A stretch of 63,387 nt of DNA, counting the filler, from Octopus bimaculoides (Eukaryota): NCBI RefSeq assembly GCF_001194135.2. It is 10 parts of 8 records of this genome, joined end to end, with 100 filler letters (N's around TTAATTAATTAA, not from the genome) between each part and the next. Parts side by side here need not be neighbours in the genome. Positions count along the whole stretch, not along the records: positions 21,876 to 30,743 come from NC_068989.1; positions 30,844 to 33,748 come from NC_068981.1; positions 33,849 to 48,228 come from NC_068986.1; 7 more parts are not named here. One strand, written 5' to 3'. The position numbers and the translations under genes were made by a program. Of the stretch, positions 22,674 through 35,869 are shown in pieces (position 1 is the stretch's first letter; every line of letters starts with the position of its first letter). Below the pieces are notes generated by a model. The model was not told the DNA's origin, did not search any database, and was given only the letters and a program-made list of their open reading frames with translations.

Positions 22674-22813
22674 TTGTTTTAAAAGTTGATGCATAGGACA
22701 AGCAGCGGCGAATATCTTTTTTGTTTGAGATCAAACCAATGATAGGGGATTTCAATTTATCATAAGTAAAACTTGGTGGTGGAAACGTAATGATATACCT
22801 GCTATGATAGAAT
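22674..22813 (-). CDS. Candidate exon (FYHSRYIITFPPPSFTYDKLKSPIIGLISNKKDIRRCLSYASTFKT)
   Basis: Acceptor TTCTTTTTTAG, donor GTAAAT, 140-nt open frame. No family recognised. Confidence 0.3.
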
Positions 22814-23211
22814 CTAAAAAAGAATTGGTTGTTTTAAAAGCAACAATAATTGGAAAGTTTTCAACTGGTTTCTGATACCTTAAGAAAAGTATTGATGTCT
22901 TAATCGCCCATAATATTTATATGCACATTCTACACAATGCACAATACAAAAATAAGAGATTAAAAATCATATTTTAAAATTTGGTCAGTAAAATGTAAGC
23001 ATGGGAGCCAAGATATATTCTGTTGCTATTATTATCGAAAAAAATATTTTCATCATATATGAGCATCCTCATATCTATTAAGTTAAAGTGCTAAGGTTGA
23101 AATTGAGGTATTCACCATCTTTAAGTCAAACAAGAAGGGAAAAAGCAAAAACAAAAACAAACAAGAGATAAAGTAAAGATGAGATGACCAAATCAATATA
23201 ATTTTGTCCAG

Positions 23212-23243
23212 TTCCGGCCTTCCATACATTGCGTATTTAAAGA
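23212..23243 (+). CDS. Candidate 32-nt exon (SGLPYIAYLK)
   Basis: Acceptor TTTTGTCCAG, perfect donor GTGAGT, and phase compatible with 21409-21518. Confidence 0.25.
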
Positions 23244-23529
23244 GTGAGTTTTGTGCGTACATTCAGAGTTGAACTGTTGATGTAATCATGATATTCCGGT
23301 GATTTGAGGAGCCAGCTTTTTTTTTATTTGCATTAATTTGTGTATATACAATTGTATTGTATAATGATTGATCATAGATGTAAATGCAAAATTATGCGCA
23401 GAATTTTTAGCATTCTGAAACTAATATTAAATGAAGAAGATTGTGAAATGGTCGTAAGCCTATGAAATTCACGTGGTTAAATGAATATATATTCACCTCT
23501 CATATCTCCCGACATTTTGTCTATATATA

Positions 23530-23575
<46 letters not shown>

Positions 23576-24140
23576 TTAAATCATCTATCTACCTCTCTCT
23601 CTTCTCTTTATCTTTATCTCTTTCTCTTTATCTCTCTCTTTCTACACTCACACACATGCATGTCGGGACTCGGCAGCGCGTTTGTCTTTGAGCTAGACAC
23701 TCCATTTTTCGTTACTCCAGTTTACTCAACTAAAAAATGAATACTAGTGATAGTGGCAGGTTTAACTCTGAAACGGTCAGAAGAAAATCTTGTACCTCGG
23801 TTGCTTGAACACTGCCGGACACGGGATTAATTCAGGTCAAATTGGCCTAAACATTTATATTTGTATCTGGTTTGCAAGATGCTTTATGTGAATTCATGTG
23901 TTGAAAGAAATATTGTTGTTTTTAGAAGTGGAATTGAACCAACAAAACATTTATATTCGTTTTTACGTAAATCATACATATTTTTCGTTGGTTCTTGCAT
24001 TTTCTAGACTCAAACATATACACGTCTAATGAAAAAATATTTTCTACACATTTAACAGAGCAATTTAATTTTGTGTGTGTGTGTGTGTGTATGTGTGTGT
24101 GTGTGTGTGTGTGGAGGAAGAATGAGTGACCGAAAGGGAG

Positions 24141-24194
24141 AGGAAGTGACGTCACATCAAGGGACCGAGAGGGTAAAGAAATGACATCACGTCA
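24141..24194. promoter_or_regulatory. ETS-CRE composite motif plus further CRE-like sites
   Basis: GGAAGTGACGTCAC (24141-24154) and TGACATCACGTCA (24182-24194), in a GC-richer island. Confidence 0.3.
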
Positions 24195-25264
24195 AGAAGC
24201 AGCCGGTTAAAACAGCCTCCTTTCTCAGGAGTGTGTTGTGAGCGATAGACGTGTATTGGGAATGATCATAGGATAGTAGTCTTTTCTGGCCAGAAACTGG
24301 GCAGAGTGCACGCGTGGATACAACTGTGTGGTCTTGCTGGTTTCCCGTGACCTGACGCTTGGAGGGACTCTCGCTCATTGCCTCTTGAGGCAAGAGCAAC
24401 CTTTATTTGTGCCTTACAACAACATTTTGTTAATTAAAACAGGAACATGGATTAAGTAAAATTAACTACAATTATTTGTGCATCCAATATAAACAGATCA
24501 AGTCTCTAGAAAAATAAAGGGATATAATAAACTAAAAGCCGAAAAAAAGAATTAATGGGGTGAGCTGGAAAAATATATAAAATGAAAACAAGTTAATAAA
24601 ATTTGTGAAATAAGATAAGTTAGTGTGCTGCAGGAAGAGGTTAAGTACAAGCGCTTTTAAAAACATGTTGTAGTTGTGTGCTACAAGGGTTAATAATACC
24701 GAAAGAAACAATTTTAAACTAAGTAGACCCTTAGGTTAATTACACACGTTCGAATGTTTCATTCTGTCATAAATGATTTCAATAAGCATTCTCAGATACT
24801 TTTCTCCGGAACAACAACCACAACAACAACAACAACCACAACAACAACAACCACAACAACAACAACAACCACAACAACAACAACAACAACAATAATAATA
24901 ATAATAATCATAATAATAATCATAATAGTAATGACCTAGTAGAAACCTATATTTTCTCATTACAGAAACCTATTTTCTCATTATAGCTTCCAAACGTATC
25001 GTTATTCTTTGGCTTTTAGTAGTGTGATTAAATAGTTTTACTACTACTTCTACTACTACAACCATCACTACTGCCGCTGCCGCCAGTTCCTTTATCGCCG
25101 TCAGCTCTACCGCTACCAATACCACAATACCAGCGCTACCATCATCAATATCACAATACCAGCGCTACCATCACCAATACCACAGCCGCTACACCATCAT
25201 TATCATCATCAGCAACATCGTTACTATCATTACTACTGCCACCCCCCTTACCATCATTACCACT

Positions 25265-25645
25265 GTTGTTGGCACTCCGTCGCTTACGACGTCGAGGGTT
25301 CCAGTTGATCCGATCAACGGAACAGCCTGCTCGTGAAATTAACATGCAAGTGGCTGAGCACTCCACAGACATGTGTACCCTTAACGCAGTTCTCGTGGAT
25401 ATTCAGCGTGACACAGTATGACAAGGCTGACCCTTTGAATTACAGGCACAACAGAAACAGGAAGTAAGGGTGAGGGAAAGTTGTGGTGAAAGAGTACAGC
25501 AGGGTTCGCTACCATCCCCTGCCGGGGCCTCGCGGAGCTTTAGGTGTTTTCGTTCAATAAACACTCGCAACACCCGGTCTGGGAATCGAAACCGCGATCC
25601 TATGACTGCGAGTCCGCTGCCCTAACCACTGGGCCATTGTGCCTC
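25265..25645 (-). mobile_element. SINE family B with 16-bp TSD
   Basis: tRNA-like head (ATGGCCCAGTGGTTAGGGCAGCGG...GGTTTCGATTCCC on the minus strand). TSD TACCATCATTACCACT at 25249-25264 and 25646-25661. Confidence 0.9.
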
Positions 25646-25789
25646 TACCATCATTACCACTAACACCAGCGCTACCACCACTATTGCTATCCCCACCCCT
25701 GCCACATTACCACCGCTATTTCTGCCAGCACCTCTACCATCACGCCATAACTATTGCCACTGCCCCTACCCAACCACTACCAATCAATC

Positions 25790-26190
25790 CTTATTGCCTC
25801 AAAAAGAAGAAAGGTTACATTAGATAACGTGAGATCCATTCTAGGAATATCACTGCGAAAGCAATTCCGAAATGAACTAATTCGAGAACGGAGCGACATG
25901 AATGATGTGATTCCAGAATATCGAAAGCAACAGTTCCACTGGGACAGACATGTCTCAAGATTTATAGTGTATATGTAGACCCGTAGTGTCCTCAAGTAGT
26001 ACTCGAGAGGTCAGAGAAGTTCCACTCCATTTGGAAGGCCTCACCGACACTGCGAAGACGATTTAGTTGAACGATTTGGATTAAGGTGGAAAAGGACTCA
26101 ATTAAGAACGATTTGAAAAGGCATTGTGACTAGCGATGTATAAACAACATCCGATAGTCTGGTCGAGCTAGACAGACAGACAGACATTGG
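25790..26190 (+). mobile_element. RTE LINE 3' fragment
   Basis: RSILGISLRKQFRNELIRERS...FHWDRHVSRF...PFGRP resembles the RTE RT C-terminus. Confidence 0.75.
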
Positions 26191-26563
26191 AGAACATAGT
26201 TTAAGATCCATTAGCAAAAAATAAAGACGGGAAGGTCATGGCTAGAATGTCATTAATGATAGTACTACCCAGTCAGAGATCATCTAATACTAAGTAGCAG
26301 GAGCACTAACTTGCAATACCTACATCTCCCAGCTCCTAACTTCGATATTCTGGAGTTCTATAGCCTCATCCGTGTTCTCCCTGAAAACGTTCCATCAAAT
26401 TAGACCTACCCTCCTCATACATAAACCCTCTTCAATCTCAATCCGGCTCTCTAATTACCAGCTTCCGCTACACTCCCCCAACCACATTAATTAGTAGTAT
26501 GGATAGCACTAATTAATGAACTTACTAATAATTGCTTCTTCTCCTCAAAACAAATTATTGACG

Positions 26564-26605
<42 letters not shown>

Positions 26606-26913
26606 NNNNNNNNNNNNNNNNNNNNNNNNNNNNNNNNNNNNNNNNNNNNNNNNNNNNNNNNNNNNNNNNNNNNNNNNNNNNNNNNNNNNNNNNNNNNNNN
26701 NNNNNNNNNNNNNNNNNNNNNNNNNNNNNNNNNNNNNNNNNNNNNNNNNNNNNNNNNNNNNNNNNNNNNNNNNNNNNNNNNNNNNNNNNNNNNNNNNNNN
26801 NNNNNNNNNNNNNNNNNNNNNNNNNNNNNNNNNNNNNNNNNNNNNNNNNNNNNNNNNNNNNNNNNNNNNNNNNNNNNNNNNNNNNNNNNNNNNNNNNNNN
26901 NNNNNNNNNNNNN

Positions 26914-26956
<43 letters not shown>

Positions 26957-27655
26957 TATACATACGTATATATATATATATATACACACATATTCATACA
27001 CATACATACAAATATATAATGTGTGTGCATGTATGTGTGTATGCATATATGTATACACACACCGCGTTGTTTTTATGTACATACCGCATCTTTTACTGTT
27101 TGCATAGCCTCTAGGCTTTGATATATTTACACATGTTATGGTGGTGATGTTAGAACGAATATGGTGGCAATGGTGGTAGTGATGATGATGTTAGCATTGG
27201 TGGTAGCAATAGTAGTGCATAAATGTATGGATATGTATGTATATGTACTTAGGTGCGAATATGTATGTGCGTTTGCGTGTATTTGTGTCTTCGTGTGTAT
27301 CTGTATATTTATGCATCTATTGTCACTGTGTGTATGTAAGTGTTTGAACGCAGATAGCATATGTGTGAAGGTGTGCGCGTGTGTGTATGTATGTGTATGC
27401 ATTTCTGCATGTGAGTATGTATACATTTAAGTACTTCTCTGTGGGTTTTGCTGATGTGTTTCAATTGAAAACAAAAGTTGATATGTGCACACGTTTACCT
27501 TGAAATGTATATGGCAGTGTATTGTAAGCGTGCACACGTCCATGTAGATATAACCGTGTTGTTTAGAAGTTCACCTTGCAATAATAGTGTCCTGAATTCT
27601 ACAGAGTGTTTTTTGGATAATTTGAAATGCAAGGTATAACACTTTTACATGGTGT

Positions 27656-27989
27656 TGTTGTTGTTTGCACTCCGTTGCTTACGACGTCGAGGGTTCCAGT
27701 TGATCCGATCAATGGAACAGCCTGCTCGTGAAATTAACGTGCAAGTGGCTGAGCACTCCACAGACACATGTACCCTTAACGTAGTTCTCGGGGATATTCA
27801 GCGTGACACAGTGTGACAAGGCTGACTCTTTGAATTACAGGCACAACAGAAACAGAAAGTAAGAGTGAGAGAAAGTTGTGGTGGAAGAGTACAGCAGGGT
27901 TCGCCACCATCCCCTGCCGGAGCCTCGTGGAGCTTTAGGTCTTTTCGCTCAATAAACACTCACAACGCCCACTGGGCCATTGCACCTCC
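27656..27989 (-). mobile_element. SINE family B with exact 15-bp TSD and an internal head deletion
   Basis: TSD ACTTTTACATGGTGT at 27641-27655 and 27990-28004. Confidence 0.9.
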
Positions 27990-28299
27990 ACTTTTACATG
28001 GTGTAACACGCTAACAAACATAAAATATAGCTCCACGGTGAAGAGTAAACCATATGAGTTCTGAAAAGTTTTCATTTCTCCGTAGGCAGAAAAATTATAA
28101 TTCTGACAAGTTTCTAGCCTAGTTAGACCTTTATCAAGAAAAGAATACCTAACGCCTGTCTACAGAGGTATTATCAGCTTATAGCTATTAATATATACAT
28201 AAATTTATTTCTTTACGATGTCAATACATGCATGGTTAATGCAAGCAACAGAATTTGAGCACACTGCAAATATATATGAGAGCAAAAAACTGGTTCCAT

Positions 28300-28640
28300 A
28301 GGTGGTTTATGTAGAGGATAAGTGGAAATGTCTATGGTAATCGACGAAATCGTGTTAAGGATAGACTTCCGGAGCCGTTGTAGGTCGAGTGTTATGGATA
28401 AATTGCAATGACGTGGTTGTGTGGCATAGAGTCAATGGTCACTTTAGATACGCGATTTTGTTTCTCTTTGTAGGACAAGTAGGTTTGAACCTGATATGAC
28501 GCACTCTCATTTGCAGTAACGGAGAGAAATCACCATAATTTCATCATATGTACCATCCCTGAAGAGCGTGTGCATTAGATAACCGCCCAGATATCTAACA
28601 TCAGTTGCGAAACCGATTGGTAAGATAGGTTGTAACGGAT
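28300..28640 (-). mobile_element. CR1/Jockey-group LINE RT C-terminal relic
   Basis: Weak, degraded similarity by eye only. Confidence 0.3.
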
Positions 28641-29419
28641 CTATAATACTGTATACTTTGTTTAATATATCATCTCTATTGACAAATATACAAGTGCCTA
28701 TTTTTTCTGACGACTATACATCCATCCATCCGTCCGTCCATCCATCCATCCATCCATCCATCCATCCATCCATCCATTAATCCATCCATCCATTCATCCA
28801 TCCATTCATCCATCCATTCATCCATCCATTTATATATNNNNNNNNNNNNNNNNNNNNNNNNNNNNNNNNNNNNNNNNNNNNNNNNNNNNNNNNNNNNNNN
28901 NNNNNNNNNNNNNNNNNNNNNNNNNNNNNNNNNNNNNNNNNNNNNNNNNNNNNNNNNNNNNNNNNNNNNNNNNNNNNNNNNNNNNNNNNNNNNNNNNNNN
29001 NNNNNNNNNNNNNNNNNNNNNNNNNNNNNNNNNNNNNNNNNNNNNNNNNNNNNNNNNNNNNNNNNNNNNNNNNNNNNNNNNNNNNNNNNNNNNNNNNNNN
29101 NNNNNNNNNNNNNNNNNNNNNNNNNNNNNNNNNNNNNNNNNNNNNNNNNNNNNNNNNNNNNNNNNNNNNNNNNNNNNNNNNNNNNNNNNNNNNNNNNNNN
29201 NNNNNNNNNNNNNNNNNNNNNNNNNNNNNNNNNNNNNNNNNNNNNNNNCACACACACACTGATATGAGGCCCTGCTTGCTAGATCAACTGGTTATTAAAT
29301 ATAGCTCAATATTCCTCTAGCCATCGCTCATCGTCTCTTTTTAACCAAATCCCGTGGCTAGCCTTTTCAACTGTACTTTGGATATCGCTAATGGTGGTAT
29401 TTACTTTACGATGAGTTAG

Positions 29420-29800
29420 GCCTAACTATAACCACAGTCGTCTCACACTGTGTCCAACGAACCCCCTACATCCGACTTCGATTGGAAAATGCTCCGCTTT
29501 CCAGCCTGCGTCTTTACATTCCTCGAAGAGGTTTACATAACGGTCAATCTTTCGAGCCCGAGTGGCATCCATGTTATCTTCATGCGGAACCGTTAACTCG
29601 ACTAGATTCACAACTTTCTTTCCTTCACACCACATTAACATGTCCGTTTTGTTTCGTAACTGGGATGGAAAAGAGTCCCTGGCACCCTGGTAAACTGCAG
29701 TCACTTTCATCGCTCACAGGAGGTTTGTTGTTCTTTTTGAAACAGCTCCGCTGTCCTGGGCGCACGAAGTTAATGAAATCATTAGTTGGTACTTTCAACG
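29420..29800 (-). mobile_element. Hero-like non-LTR element fragment (restriction-like endonuclease)
   Basis: INFVRPGQ...KTDMLMWCEGKKVVNLVELTVPHEDN...RKIDRY...AGWKAEHFPIEVGCRGFVG. Confidence 0.85.
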
Positions 29801-30566
29801 GTTCTTTTTTTCATTGTATTTGCATGTCTGCATTTAATGTAATTATATTATCTGATTATTTATAGCTGATTATTCTTAATTTTCCTCTTTTCATGATGGC
29901 CTTGGCAGATACTTCCTAATCAAATTACTTTTTCTGTTATTTCTCAAAATGCCTTTAGTGTTGCAGGTTCTTTTTTTCTGATGCATTTTTATCTAATTTA
30001 TTGAACGATGACAGTTTTTCCATCAATTAAACGAAGATCGCTTATTTTTGGTTACTTTTTTTCAAGGTACCTATTTTTTAATTACGTTGCTATTCTGAAT
30101 TATTTGGATCATTATTTTTACAATGACGATTTCACTGAGGATTCGGAGATTGAGGTTTTCCAGTAATTTTTATTTCTATTTGAATGATTATTTCCATGCT
30201 AATTGCTTGAGTTTTTATTATCCAACACGGAAATAGTTAGAAAATATTCACTTTTCTCAGTAACTAGTGTAGCTGTTATATCAATTTGTATGCTTCTTTG
30301 CAATAATGTCTATTTGGTGATAAGGGATTTCTGTTGAAATAGGATTTAAGACCTGCATACAGTGTCAAAATAATCAATGCTTCCTTGGCATTCTGATACA
30401 CATGTTAAATTAGTATGCCATAAAGAAGAGTGGGGAAAATCCCAAATGCTCGGATTGAAACCATATTTGAAAAATGAAATGGTCTTTGGCAGATGGAAAC
30501 CATGACAGCATACTGTATTATCTATCTAGCTATGTATGTATGTATGTATGTATGTATGTATTTATG

Positions 30567-30600
<34 letters not shown>

Positions 30601-31290
30601 CCTATCTATCTACCCTTTCATATAAATTTGAAGAAAAGCAACAAAAATTCAATAGGTTATAGCAGTACGTACGTTTCGTACAAACTTCATTTATTTATGT
30701 AGTGAGAACACCACATAAGACGTGCAATGGAAATGTACTCCTCNNNNNNNNNNNNNNNNNNNNNNNNNNNNNNNNNNNNNNNNNNNNTTAATTAATTAAN
30801 NNNNNNNNNNNNNNNNNNNNNNNNNNNNNNNNNNNNNNNNNNNACCAGTCAAGCAGCACATCACGCTGTAATTCTTGGGCTGAGAAATCAACACTTAAAA
30901 GCCATAATTTTAAAGGAGCGATAAGAATTTTTGAATAAAGGAAAATGGGTAGGTACCATCAGCCAGGAGATAGGCCTCTTAATCGTAGATTTTAAATATT
31001 TGAGCGACAACAATGCATAAATCGTAATTTTTAAAAGAGCAATGAAACCTAGGTGAATAGAATATATAAGTAGCATGAATTTAGGAAGCTTAGAAAATGA
31101 AAAATAAAAAATAAAAATTGGTGAAAATGCAGAGTAACATTAAAAGAATTGTAATCTTTTTACGCAAATTAAAGAAACAAAAAAAAAAAAAACTAGTGTA
31201 ATATTTCATTTAGATATATGAAATCTTTTTAACTGACATAACTGGTTTTGTCCATTCTCGCTAGATTTATGAAATGGGAATGAGAAACTA

Positions 31291-32510
31291 GAGAGGCGTG
31301 CCAGTTTTTTGTGGTCATTTATATGAATTTAGAAAAAAGACTCATAGTTCCTCAAAGGAAGGCTGTATTTGAAAATAAGTTGGTACAAATAGTCTTGAGA
31401 ATTCTTTTATTGCAACTTTTCAATGAATTCACTTCACTATTAGCATTAATGGCTGTTTTAATATGTTGTTGGAATAATTGACATGCCCAAATCAGATGAT
31501 ATTTATCAATTTTGGACATAGTTCTGGTTTTGGCATACTTCAGAGGTTGTATAGATTTATGAGGGTGCTGATTGACCTTTCTCTTGAGTATGCCCCATAT
31601 GTAATAGTCTGCTGGATTGAGGTCTGGAAGAACATGATCATAGAGGTTGGTATGCATCCATGCTTGGGTTGTACTAGCTTTATAAGATGGCACAGTGTGT
31701 TGTTGGAAGACGTATGGTCTTCCATTGTGCACTCTGTCTATTTAGGGCCTCATAACTTTCTCTGACATCTTTGTGTAGTCAGTGGCACTGACTCTTAAGC
31801 CCTGTGAAAAAAGTGAGATAGTATAACTTTTCCCTCATTGCTGATGGCTCTCAGAACCATCATAGTTGCTGGGAACTTGGTACGTATGACTATTGGAACT
31901 CTATTTGGGTTTCTGTATAACCATCTGTCAATTCTTCAGTCCTGATTGAAGTTTTTCTCATTGGAGAAAAACCAAAGCATTCGAGCCTCTTGGTGTTTTA
32001 ACTTGTTTAGCAAGCACTTTGCACAGAGTGAATGATTCTCTCTTGTTACATCCAACAGAAACTGACCGCTCCACATAACATGATTTGTATCGGATGTCCT
32101 TATGCACAACTTTTCTGATATTGTACTCTGAAACCTTGAGGTCCTTTGCAATGGATCTTTCCAGAGTTTTTATCAATTATTTCTTGGACTTTTTATACAA
32201 AGTTATGTGTTATGATAGTATTAGGATCCTGTGCAAGTGTTTTGCGTTTAGCTGCTGAGGTTGGATTGCTGTCAGCATCTTTCAGCTCCTTTTTGACTTT
32301 GACAATGAAAGACCGGGCAGCTTTCACAAAGCGAGTTATCTTTGTATAACTATGCTGCGTTTTACAGGTAATGATTACAGTGGGCTTTTTATTTACTGAG
32401 TCAACCCGATGCCTGACATAATTTATCTGAAATGTAAAGTAAAAAAAAAATAATTTAGAAGAAAGTTAGAGCTCTTGAAAGAGGTGTCCTCAAAAAACTG
32501 ATGCACTCTG
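31291..32510 (-). mobile_element. Near full-length decayed Tc1/mariner (DD37D/maT-like) transposon
   Basis: RSIAKDLKVSE..IRKVVHKDIRYKS; WFFSNEKNFNQD; YVFQQHTVPSYKA; DLNPADYYIWG. Degenerate TIRs lie near 31291 and 32484-32510, each flanked by TA. Confidence 0.85.
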
Positions 32511-32861
32511 TATTTACAATAGTTGGAATATATAGAATTGAAATTGTTGCAACTGGGCAGAGAACTAGGGTATCAGGTTATAAAACAAAGAATATTCAGT
32601 AAAGAGTATAAGTGAAAGAGTGTGGCTTTAAACACTACAACAACTTATGACAACTTAAGATTTTTAAACAAAAGACTGCTCTAGAGAGGTTGATAGGCAG
32701 GGAATCAAATAGATCGGTAGAGGTGAGAATGTTATGTGTAGATGAAGAATGAGGTGGTCAGGTTAAAGGATAAGATAAGGAATAGTTGGTGGAATGTTGT
32801 TTTCAGGTAGACCATAAATATTTAACCTTTTAGTATTCAGAATACTCAGTCAAATGACTTG

Positions 32862-33184
32862 GCACTCTGTTGGTTATGACAATGAGGGTTCCAGTTGATC
32901 TGATCAATGGAACATTCTGCTGGTGAAATTAACGTGCAAGTGACTGAGCACTCCAGAAACATGTGTACCCTTAATATAGTTCTCAGGGAGATTCAGTGTG
33001 ACACATAATGTGACAAGGCTGGCTCTTTGAAATACAGGTCTTACTCAATTTTTGCCAGCTGAATGGACAAGAGCAATGTAAAATAAAGTGTCTTGCTTCA
33101 GGACACAACGCATTGCTAGGAATTGAACACATGTCTTTACTATTGTAAGCTGAATACCCTGACCACTAAGCCATACACCTTCAC
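32862..33184 (-). mobile_element. SINE family B variant (shared tail, different middle and head)
   Basis: GAGGGTTCCAGTTGATC...GTGACAAGGCTGG block followed by ACTCA.TTTTGCCAGCTGA.TGGAC. Confidence 0.8.
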
Positions 33185-33539
33185 TTCAGTCAGATGTAAT
33201 GCTTATTTATTCCAAGTGTTTTGAATTAACTTTGCATTATATCATAGCTTTGATATTTTGATGTTGTGACTGTTAATTTTTAGAATAACATTGTAGGGTA
33301 GGTATGAGAGGCTGGATCTGACCAGTTTAGTCATAAAACAGAAAGAATATTTGGGTTGGATATGGCTGGTGTAAATGTTAAAGGGGTAAATGCTTATTTT
33401 GGCCTTCTATGTAGATTATAAGTGAAAATTGAATAGTCTTTATAAGAGGTAATATTTAATCTCACTTAAACATGGAAGTTCTGTGAGAACAAACTATACT
33501 GCAGTAGTTACCATGTATGTGTGTGTTTGTACTGTGTGT

Positions 33540-33694
33540 ATGGTTGGCGTTAGGAAGGGCATCCAGCCGTAGAAACTCTGCCAAATCAGATTGGAGCCTG
33601 GTGTAGCCATCTGGTTTCACCAGTCCTCAGTCAAATTGTCCAACCCATGCTAGCATGGAAAGCGGACGTTAAACGATGATGATGATGATGATGA
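33540..33694 (+). mobile_element. SINE family C 3' part
   Basis: GGCGTTAGGAAGGGCATCCAGCCG...GCGGACGTTAAAC(GAT)n. Confidence 0.85.
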
Positions 33695-33848
33695 TATGTA
33701 TATATATATATGTATGTATATGTGTGTGTGTATATATATATATATATANNNNNNNNNNNNNNNNNNNNNNNNNNNNNNNNNNNNNNNNNNNNTTAATTAA
33801 TTAANNNNNNNNNNNNNNNNNNNNNNNNNNNNNNNNNNNNNNNNNNNN

Positions 33849-34590
33849 CTTCTTCTTCTTCTTCTTCTTCTTCTTCTTCTTCTTCTTCTTCTTCTTCTTC
33901 TTCTTCTTCTTCTTCTTCTTCTTCTTCTTCTTCTTCTTCTTCTTCTTCGTTTTATTTCGCTGAATATAATGGAAGCTGTCAGCTGTCCACAGCCAGCAGA
34001 CTAAAGTGACATGCTTCAAGAACCCTGCGACGTACCTTTGCAGTTTAAAGAGCAATGATGACTTTTGTAGATGTTCTATCTTTACAGTCGTTCCAATGTT
34101 TATGAGCCATGTTGGTAGTTAGGTACTGATACATCCAAGTGCGCCAGTCACTATTGGTATCTCAACTACTCTCTTCATTGCCCACAACCTGCATATTTCC
34201 CACCTGAATTCATTATAGTTCACTTCTTCTTCTGTCTTTTCAATCCTGTTGTTACCTGAACATACTATGTCAATTATGAGGGATATCTTTCTTTTCCTTA
34301 CTCTACAACAATGTCAGGTTTTCGATGTTTATTCTGTTTTGCAATCCCCATTCTCAGTAACTCTTTCTGGGATTTGATTATACCACGTTTTTGATCCTTG
34401 TAGGTCATAATTTCCACAAACCTTCCAGTGTATCATTCTTTCCACATTGTCATGTCGCCTTTTGTATTCATGTTGTGCTAATTTCGAGCATTCACTAACA
34501 ATATGCCACACTGTTTCACTCCTATTCCCCCACACTACACATTTGTCGCTCTCAGTTGATTCATCAGTTCTGCACTTCACATAGTTTGTC
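33849..34590 (-). mobile_element. R4/Dong-like non-LTR 3' fragment followed by a (GAA)n tract
   Basis: ETVWHIVSECSKLAQHEYKRRHDNV..MIHW; RKPDIVV...IIDI; IPIVTGALG. (TTC)n at 33849-33948 on the + strand. Confidence 0.85.
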
Positions 34591-34610
34591 CTCAATGTTT
34601 CTCGATGGGT

Positions 34611-34795
34611 AAGGCGGTGAGCTGGCAGAATCGTTAGCAGACCTATCAAAATGCTAAGGGTATTTCGTTCGCCTTTATGTCCTGGGTTCAAGTGCCGTCG
34701 AGTCAAACTTTGTAAAATAAGTACCAGTTGAGCACTGAAGACTTACCCCTCCCCCAGAATTGCAGTCCTTGTAACAAAATATGAAACCAATATTA
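34611..34795 (+). mobile_element. SINE family D
   Basis: AAGGCGGTGAGCTGGCAGAATCGTTAGC...GGGTTCAAGTGCCGTCGAG. Confidence 0.8.
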
Positions 34796-35213
34796 CATGC
34801 CGGGCTGGGTATGTCATAGTTGCTGAAAGGAAGACAAATGTCTTGGCTACAATACTCACAGTTTCCTATATGATGAAATGATGTGGTCGCACTTTGTTAC
34901 ACACGTTTTCCTACATGTCATCCTCTAGCCCGACCTGAGGTCTTGAGATGAGCAAAAATCAAAAGAGAATAACTGGCGGAAGTTTCAGATCAGCATACTA
35001 TAAAGATCTGTTACCCAGGGCATCGTTGAACTTCTCAGAGAAATCTGGACATCGATTGAACTTGCGCACTCAGAGTCTTTGAATAACATTCATAGGTTCC
35101 TGATTTAGTAGTCTTACGGATGAGAACACTAAACACCCTACATCTGGACAAAGTTCACGGCTGGAACGACTTTGGTTTAATCAGAATTGACATCGGAGTA
35201 TATCATAGAAATT

Positions 35214-35251
<38 letters not shown>

Positions 35252-35822
35252 CCGCCGCCGCTGCTGCTACTGCTGTTCTGCACCTGTTGTTGCTATAAAC
35301 AATTTTACTGTTGCATTTGTAGAAATAATAATACACTGGAATCAATTGAACCAATTTTGAATGACTTACAAGAATTTGAACTCAAAATGCAGTAGAGAAA
35401 AATTCAATAAATTTGAAGCCAATTGCTACTGAAATCACCTGATTCTGCCCCCAGATTTATCAATATCTTCCGGATTCTTTATTGAATTATATAATCAATC
35501 CCGCATCCGTTCCAATCATAAACTTCCTATATGTTGTTTAACAGTATATTAAATAAGATTTGCTTCGCCTTTAAAAATCACTATACAGCCATCAATATTC
35601 ATCTGTATTCATATGTTGTGTCTTTAATTACTCATTCATTTTCTTCTCTCAAACTCGTTCTCTTACGCACTTCAACTATCGATCATACTCTCACACAACC
35701 CTATCATTTTCTCTATCACTTACTTCCAGTATTCAGTCAAGAGTATTTTTATTTATTTATATGGAAGAATACGCCTGATGACGCACATACACATACGCCC
35801 ACACATACACTTTTCAACATTG

Positions 35823-35869
<47 letters not shown>

